Part shown: positions 38,718 to 46,290 of the stretch, in pieces
How positions within the stretch are numbered: position 1 is the first letter of the stretch
Layout of the letters: each line of letters begins with the position of its first letter
Source of the DNA: Octopus bimaculoides
Lineage: Eukaryota
Assembly: GCF_001194135.2 (NCBI RefSeq)
Contig: NC_068983.1
Span: 71,212,521-71,258,810, forward strand
Length of the DNA stretch: 46,290 bases
Direction: 5' to 3'
The notes under the pieces: model-generated
Database searches by the model: none
What the model was told of the DNA's origin: nothing
The model's input: the letters and a program-made list of their open reading frames with translations, nothing else
Made by a program: the position numbers and the translations under genes

Positions 38718-40556
38718 ATGTGTGTGTGTTTGTGTGTGCATTATTAGTAAATCATATCATTGTATATTATATACCATAATTCATATAACAACAATATATG
38801 TCAACAATATATGTCAAGGAAAGCTAAAAGAATCGATAGAGCATCAATCCTGCAGAGATCAACTTTCTCTGCCTTTCAGCTCACCGGAGCTGATAGAAGA
38901 TAATTCATTTAAGTGCGGGAGTCAACGGTATCTCATCTCCTTAAAATTGCTGTCATTGTGTAAAAACTGAAAACAAATATGTATGGAAATGACCTTCAAT
39001 TAGAAGGATTTCTATTTAATAAAATTGTCTCTTTCAACATGGGATGAAAACTGACTCTAAATATTAAACTACCATGCCTCATTTTCACTATTTCAAAATT
39101 CTGCAAAGTACAGAAAAATAATCCCTGTTCGTTGTTTTAATAACCTGAGTACTTCTTGTAGAAATTAGCTATTTCATGAAATATTCACGTTTTGTTCCTT
39201 CAGCACTTCTCCGAGTGCGAAGAAAAATTTACTGAATATTTTGAATACATGTCATTACCAACAGGATATTAATCATTAATATTTATAGTTATTTTATGCG
39301 ATTTTCTCTTTTATTTAAAAATCGTTAACAGTTTTGGATTTAAAATGTTCTCTAATGACAGGTATGAAGCCAACGCCACAAGTAGACATCGGATCGTGCA
39401 AGGACAGAACAAAATATTTAATCATTGTTTGATATAAACCATTTTCTCCGACTTGTATGCAGTATCCATTTATGGAATATAATCAAAGAAAAAATAACTT
39501 TATAGCATTCCCATATGGCCATTGTAACAAATGTTTACAGTCTTAAACGTAGGATCATCTTCATATGAAAGGCTTTCCATATATTATCTCGGCAACTCCT
39601 TTGAGTTGCAAGAGCAAAATAAAGAAACTGCATTGGCTGTTAGCTGTCATTAATATATCAGTAAATTATTAAAGGGTACTGAGTTTCCTTTTAAAATAAT
39701 CCCCTCTGAATTTTTATTTTCTAGTATAAAAATATTTCATAAATTTACATTAGAAAAATAAAAACAGAATATCTGACGAATTTCTGCACATTACTCAATG
39801 ACTAATCTTCTCTTAATTACTTTCTAATAGCGGTTAGATTAGCTTTGACAGGTTGCTATGCACATTTTATCTGTCAGCAACATACAGCTGTTACCATGTC
39901 ATTCCAAACGAAATGGAATGCATAATTTTATAGATACTTTCATTAATTTCTTTCAACCATATTTTCCTTTAGCACGGCGTCTGTGAATTCCACTTGTTTG
40001 ATTTTTTTCCAACAGGTTTGTGTATATTCCTAGAACGTTGCTATAGCATTTCAGTTTTATCCAGTTGAATTTTACCATATAATACCATTAGTTGCACCAA
40101 TAATTTACTGACAGTTGCTTCGTTAGTAGCACTGTTACATATACAGTTAGCATATCGTTAGACATTATGTAAGTTATAACATTGGTTCTACCGTTACATG
40201 TGCAATAAAATTATCGCTAGATGTAACGCAAGCAATGCCGTCATTGTGTTGTTGGATGTAATGTAAATTATACCCGACCATTGGTTTTAACGTTAGCTTT
40301 ACCGTTAGTAGCGACGACAGATGTATAACTATCTTATTATTATATATAATGTAATGTTAGACATACCGCTAATTTTAACGTCGGTTGTGCATTTGTTGTA
40401 CTTTTAGATGTTCCTAAAGATGTACGGTTAGTGTAGTACTGTTATAAGTACTGATAGAGATAATGCTACAGTTCTATATTTAAGAGATGAGGAATTATTT
40501 ACATTATTTACATTATCTACATTTGACGGATATTCGTCCTCATCTTGTTTGTTGTT

Positions 40557-40602
40557 AACACAACGTTTCGGCTGATATACCCTCCAGCCTTCGTCAGGTG
40601 TC
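40557..40602 (-). ncRNA. Minimal type I hammerhead ribozyme motif, intact
   Basis: GACAC CTGACGA A GGCTG gagggtatat CAGCC GAAA C GTT GTGTT: core CUGANGA and GAAA, stem I GACAC/GTGTT, stem II GGCTG/CAGCC, palindromic ACGT stem III; predicted cleavage after GUU (40562/40561). Confidence 0.8.
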
Positions 40603-40646
40603 TTGGGGAAATTTCGAACCTGGGTTCTCATTCCTATCGATGTTAC

Positions 40647-40708
<62 letters not shown>

Positions 40709-40992
40709 TATTATTATTATTATTATTACTATTATTAATCAGGTCGCTGCCGTGAATCGAATATGAATAGCATATGGGAACCGGTATTGAGGAAGGATAG
40801 AAAAATAATAGATTTATAAGCCTTAAAATTCACCCCATAATTGCCCACGGGCATATGGCGTAGTGGTTAAGAGCGCAGGCTACTAACCCCAAGGTTCCGA
40901 ATTCGATTCACGGCAGCGACCTGATTAATAATGATAATAATAATAATAGTAACATCGATAGGAATGAGAACCCAGGTTCGAAATTTCCCCAA

Positions 40993-41038
40993 GACACCTG
41001 ACGAAGGCTGGAGGGTATATCAGCCGAAACGTTGTATT
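40993..41038 (+). ncRNA. Minimal type I hammerhead motif with one stem I mismatch
   Basis: GACAC CTGACGA A GGCTG gagggtatat CAGCC GAAA C GTT GTATT. Confidence 0.72.
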
Positions 41039-41399
41039 AACAACAAACAAGATGAGGACGAATATCCGTCAAATGTAGATAATGTAAATAATGTGAGATA
41101 ATGCTAGTTTAAAAGTTAATTTCTAGGCTAGTCATTGTTTAACCACAGAACAACACAGATTGAGCAGATTTATGGTCAAAATACATTCTAGCTGTGACTA
41201 TCCTTTTTTTTTTTTTATTATTCAGAAATATTGTATATTACACCAGTAGGTCTTTTTATGCTACAGTACTTATTTAGTGATGCATAGTGAATTTTTCACT
41301 TTATTTTAGTAAATATTAACGAGATTATCTATGAATATCGAATTCTCCAGTACATTTTCGATTTTAATTATTTGGGGTATTTAAGAGGCGAGAGCAATA

Positions 41400-42450
41400 C
41401 AAGTCTGGGCTAAAAAGTTCATAGGCTGACTATGAAGGAGTGGTGTTAGAGCTGTGGAATTGTGTATGTATTAATTTCAACTCTTGTTATCAATAACTGA
41501 ATAGTTACCGTCCAGGTAACTTGATACCTGACTTTTCAAAGCAACTTTCAAAGGGACTTGTAGCAACTTTTCTTAAAGTGGTATTATTAAGTACCAGCAG
41601 AGAAAGGCTTTAGCTTCCAAGGTTATTCATGCTGACATGGTTGCTATATTAGAGGATGATATTCCAGCTTCATCAACAGTGCTAGAGTGGGTAGCTTAAT
41701 TTATGAAAGGAAGAGAGAAACCTGAAGATGATTCAAGGTTTGTACGTCCCACAACTGCCACCGCCGAGGAAAACATTGATCGTGTTTACCACTTGGTAAT
41801 GGATGACAAGCGATTGAATATAAGTCGAATAGCCAATGCCATTAGCATATCCAGTTAGAGAGTTCAGAATATTCTGCACAATGAACGAACTTGGTGTGAC
41901 GGTGGTTTCTGTTTGATGGGTGCCACGTCTTCTGACACCTAATCAAACGCGTACCAGGCTGGTCACATCTAGGGGAAATCTGACATTGTTTGAGGCAGAT
42001 CCAGCTGGTTTTCTTGAACGATTTCATACTCAGGACGACTGTTCGGTTCATCACTTTGAGTCAGAGACAAAGAGATAATCCATGTTGTGGAAACACCTCT
42101 TCAACTGCTCAAAGAAGGTCAAGGTCATTTCTTATGCAGGGAAGGTGACGGCCTCAGTTTTAGTGGATGCAAAAGGCATTGTGCTTATGGACTATCTTCA
42201 AAATGGTCACACCACCAATGAAGAGTAATATGGTAATTTGTCAACTTGTTGAAGCACTTACGAAAGGCTATCAGGATCAAACATCCAGGAAAACCGATGA
42301 AAGGGATCTTGTTTCAGCAGCACGCAAGTCCTAGATTTCAATGGTTGCTGTGCAATTGCGGCTTTGAACTCGTTGATCACTCTCCCTATTCTCTTGATTT
42401 GGCTTCATCTAACTAGCATCTGTTCCCAAACATGAAAAACCGCTTGACTA
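41400..42450 (+). mobile_element. Decayed mariner (DD34D family) transposon, 3'-truncated
   Basis: TA at 41398-99 then a TIR-like AAGTCTGGGCTAAAAAGTTCATAGGCTGAC; peptides RPTTATAEENIDRV, WVPRLL (41917-34), GKVTASV..DAKGIVLMDYL, HSPYSLDLASSN*HLFPNMK (from 42378); many stops and frameshifts. Confidence 0.9.
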
Positions 42451-43021
42451 GGAAGCAGTATCTAAGCATTGCAGCACCGATGGAAGAAGTGTGCGAACCA
42501 CAAGCGAAAAATAGACTTCATTTGTTCACATTCCATAAGAGTATCTTGGTCAGCCTATGGACTTTTCAACGGACCGTCGTATTATGCAGAGCAGTCCCAT
42601 CACTTACAACAGTTTTATAGTAATGATATCACACGGTAAATCACAGTGTATTCAGCAAAATTCATATAAATCAACACAAACTGTAAATGCTAGCGTGTCT
42701 GCAATAATTAATGACTCACACCTGATTTAATAAACCAAAAAATGCACTCAAAGAGGAAATCACCAATTGACAGAACATCCCATAAGTAACTTAAAGTACC
42801 CTCGTTATACTTGATTGTACTTTGTGTGTGGGGGGTGTATTTATGTATGTGTTTATGNNNNNNNNNNNGGGGGGGGTACGTGCGTGTGTGTATCTCTGTT
42901 GAAACATAAATCAAATAACTGTTGAAAGACAATGTCTATTCCGTGTTTCATGTTGTTGCTTTTTTAATAATTTCACTTTTTACAGACATCCCTACAAAAA
43001 ATTAATATCTTGGAACAAAAA

Positions 43022-43347
43022 TGTGATGGAGTGTGGCTTAGTAGTTAGAGTGTTCGGCTCACCATCGTAAGGTCGTGAGTTCAATTCCCGGCGACGCGTT
43101 ATGACCTTGAGCAAGACACTTTATTTCACGTTGCTCCAGTCCACTCAGCTGGCAAAAATGAGTAGTACCAGTATTTCAAAGGGCTAGCCTTGTCACATTC
43201 TGAGTCACGTTGAATCTCCCTGAGAACTGCGTTGTGGAGTATATGTGTTTGTGGAGTGGTCAGCCACTTACACGTTAATTTCATGAGCAGGCTGTTCCGT
43301 TGGTCTGGTCAACTGGGGCCATCGTCGTCGTAACTGACAGAGTGCCA
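43022..43347 (+). mobile_element. tRNA-derived SINE (family E) with a CORE/Meta-like central domain and the family-B tail
   Basis: A-box TGGCTTAGTAG 43034-44; B-box GTTCAATTC 43079-87; TGACCTTGAGCAAGACACTT..CTCAGCTG..AAAATG central block; 3' ~130 nt colinear with the reverse complement of 15191-15308. Confidence 0.85.
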
Positions 43348-43899
43348 ATTTAAAGTACAACAAAAGTGACCTTAGATATACGTGAAAGCAACTTCAAAAT
43401 TATATATTGTGATCGCCAAAACTACATCATGTACAACACACCTAATTTCAATGCCTTCCAGCTAGCATATTTGTCAAGATAGATCTGCTGAAACAGATCA
43501 GGCGAAAACTACTCCAAAACATTTGAAACGATCACACGCTTCTGCTTTCGACAATTTCTCTGTGTGCAATGCTATACAGATTACTTTCAATTGTGTAAGT
43601 GGCACACATCTCAATAACTAATTCGCCCAAATTGGTGACAGCATTAACGTGCCACCAGTATCATTGACTGTCAGAAAATCTTTTATTTATCCCATTTCAC
43701 TAAATCTAATTACTACGAAGAAGCAATACAAACAAACCATTTCATCAAAAATTTTATCCCAAGAAAGAAACAATCTATCATAAAGAGTTATTTGAATCAA
43801 AGAAGACTTTCAAGAAAATGTTTGAATTGAGACTCAGTAAATAACCCGGTTCGAAAATTTGAGATATTCATTTTTTTTTTTTTGTAATAAAATTATTGT

Positions 43900-44045
43900 G
43901 AGTTTGTTGTTGCTGTTGAAGATGTTATTGTTGTTATCGTTGCTGTAATTGCTGTAATTGCTGATAATGGTGATGTTGATGCTCTGGTCGTCGTTGTTGT
44001 TGTTATTGTTGCTTGTTTTTGAGGATGTTGTTATTGTAGTTGTTC
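43900..44045. repeat. Degenerate (GTT/GCT/GAT)n trinucleotide low-complexity tract
   Basis: Direct reading. Confidence 0.75.
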
Positions 44046-46290
44046 CTGTTAAAAACAGGCATCGAAACGACGAATATCGCTGATCCTTTTTGGTCGGTTT
44101 TTGTTTGTTTTGTTTTCAAGTTTAGTGCATCTTGGACTGTGATCTTCCATTTTCAAGCTGTACGATGTAGTTTGAAGGTTAATTGACCGCTAGTTACAAA
44201 AGATCGAGTGATCACATGGAACCTTCTGCTCTAACACGATTACTGGGGATCGAGCATTAGCTTGTGTAAATAATGTCATACATTTTCGATGTATTGTTCC
44301 TACAAAAATAAAACTGTTTTCAGCAAATAACCGTGCTGTGTTTTTGTTCCGCACAAAAAGACATTTACTGAACAGGAATATTTAACCTGGTGTAATTTTA
44401 AAACAATAAAACGTTCTTTTAGAAAACCCAAGTTAGTCTAATTAAGTACCAAACAATACAATAAGATCTCAATATGTTCCCAATTTTTCCCGGCCATTTA
44501 TTCATCACACTCAATCCCGTTAAACCATTTTCCGATATTCACATTCTCTTTTCCGCTACTTTCTTCAACTCTTAGATTGTGTAAAGGTTCCCATATTTCT
44601 TCTATACATGACAATGTACAATTTGGTAACATATAATAATAGCCAAATACAAACGAAAACAGCGGTATCACGCTCGTTTATTCGAAAAAGAGTCAAGTAA
44701 AGAACCCAACAGATAATTACATATTGAAAATAGAGTTGTTCTAGCAGTAGGTGGAAACTTTGAGCATCATTTTGAACGAAGGTTTTATATTTTCTTGCAT
44801 AATTGTTTTACTGCCGTTGCTCATTTGACAGGAATACTTTATCATATTGCTCTCCATAGGAATACATCAAAAGACATTTGAAATCTTAGAAAAACAAATA
44901 TTAGCGACATGAAGTCGATATTATTGATTTACTGAATGCTATAAAATATGAAACCTTATAGCAATCATAGTTTTACAATTATTGTCAATAAGTTTCTTTC
45001 CTAGCTGTTTACTTTTCACTTCTTCAAGTCAGTCCAAGAAGAAAAAGTAAATAAACCACAAGATAACTCAGCTAAACACTATGGAAACCATAAAACTTTA
45101 CTGAAAAGATCAGTAAAACATTCCTGACTGAACGACAGCTAACCAACTATCGACCATGATAAAATAGAAAGCAAGTGCTCGTCGTTTCAACAGATGTTAG
45201 CTGTTAAATGTATGTACACAAGTGTTCATTTTTATTGAATTTCTATAAAACTATTAGTATAAAAATTCAATGGTTTGTTTTGCAAAATATTACTGAAATA
45301 ATTGCAACCCGAATAATATCCACCTGGAAGCAATCTTATGGATGAAGACCTACAATATCAAAAATTTAATTATCAATTCACAATTTGAAGTTGCCACTAA
45401 ATGGAAAAATTAAAGAATGTTTTAAAAGAAAAATTTTAAAATGCTCCATTAAGAAGTTAAATCTAGTCAAATAATTTATTTATAGGAAGAGTTATATGAT
45501 AATTTATTCATGTTAAATTACATTTTAAGTATATTTATCTATTTCTTTTAACCTATCTTTATTTAGAAGTGGAACAAATTTATCTCCTAAAGTGTTTCAC
45601 ATTAAGCAGCTCAGCAACAGTTTATTCGAGGTTGAGAATAAAATTGTAGTGCTGACGTTTATAATATGCACTTCTAGAATTCGATTTAATCACTTTTATT
45701 GAATAATTTCTATATCTTCTAACGATTTTAAACTTATCGGTTTCGCGTTGGTATTGATTAGAATATTTCCGAGTGATTTATTTCTCTAGTTACTCAATAT
45801 ATTTATCATTATGCCCACCTATCTTCTCACTGTCTAAATAAATATATTGAAATATATTGTAAGAAATGAAAATGCTGGGACTAGTTATCGTATTTAGTCA
45901 CTAAATATGTCTATGGCAGTTTAGCGTTCTAGATAACGTACAATACACAAACATAAAATGTACCAACGTACCAGTTTCTTTCTCGGGTAGTAGTACACGG
46001 ATGTACAGAATTGACATTGTGAGTCTCAAGTCGTTTCATTGTTGAAATTTATTGCTGTAAAAAATATTTCAAAGCATTAAAAGAAAGAACGTTTTAAAAT
46101 AACTAAAAGTCCATAGCAACTAATAGCGAAAGCTTTGGCTAGTTATTTCCTTTTTGTTATTAATAAAAAAAGTATGACCGAGGAATAAGTTAGATGGTAT
46201 GGAGCCGGAAAATATATTAAGCACTTGTTTTGCTTTGGTATCTATTTTCTGATATCAACTTCTTCTCCTGTTGACGTGGCTACCATATAT

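Larger units (their letters stand above)
40469..41094. mobile_element. Inverted pair of the tRNA-headed, hammerhead-bearing SINE-like element with a 12-bp TSD (young copy)
   Basis: TSD GAGATAATGCTA at 40457-40468 and 41095-41106; A-box TGGCGTAGTGG 40856-66; B-box-like ATTCGATTC 40901-09; arms 40501-40644 and 40951-41094 differ at one position (41036). Confidence 0.95.

Noticed and set aside
39332-39361. Candidate 30-nt exon (AACAG / CAG|GTATGA)
   Set aside because: No homology recognised; such signals arise by chance; needs RNA-seq.
40849-40921. Possible tRNA gene (CTACTAA anticodon-like loop)
   Set aside because: The acceptor and anticodon stems do not pair, and it is embedded in a TSD-flanked repeat, so it is a SINE head.
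31400-41215. Weakly similar segments at ~31400-31475 and ~41135-41215 (TTTAACCACAGA..TCAAA..ACATTCTA), possibly related to 20520-20720 and 36280-36460
   Set aside because: Probably an old interspersed repeat, but identity is too low to define boundaries or class by eye.
43840-44050. - strand stop-free Asn/Thr-rich frame after an AG acceptor-like site
   Set aside because: Fully explained by a degenerate (AAC/AGC)n tract.

Overview
AT-rich, microsatellite-dense eukaryotic DNA with nine N-gaps. The repeat families resemble those I recall from Octopus genomes (inference, not verified). I can support no host protein-coding exon: the long ORFs in the track are artefacts of N-runs or microsatellites. 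The window is a transposable-element mosaic: about 20 tRNA-derived SINE copies or fragments from several families, an RTE-tailed element, three decayed Tc1/mariner-superfamily transposons (two mariner-type, one DD37D/maT-like), a ~580-bp foldback element, and two decayed Penelope-like retroelements (PLEs) with a C-terminal GIY-YIG endonuclease (22.7-23.6 kb; 26.5-28.2 kb). The best candidate for a new system is a short non-coding element with a tRNA-like Pol III head, an internal (AAT)n tract and a PLE-type minimal type I hammerhead ribozyme. It occurs twice (1.3-1.9 kb, 40.5-41.1 kb), each time as a head-to-head inverted pair with one arm ~30-38 nt shorter at its 3' end. The younger pair has a perfect 12-bp target-site duplication. 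This suggests a hammerhead-bearing SINE-like element mobilised by Penelope-like machinery. A separate, unrelated minimal hammerhead-like motif lies at 25.92-25.96 kb.
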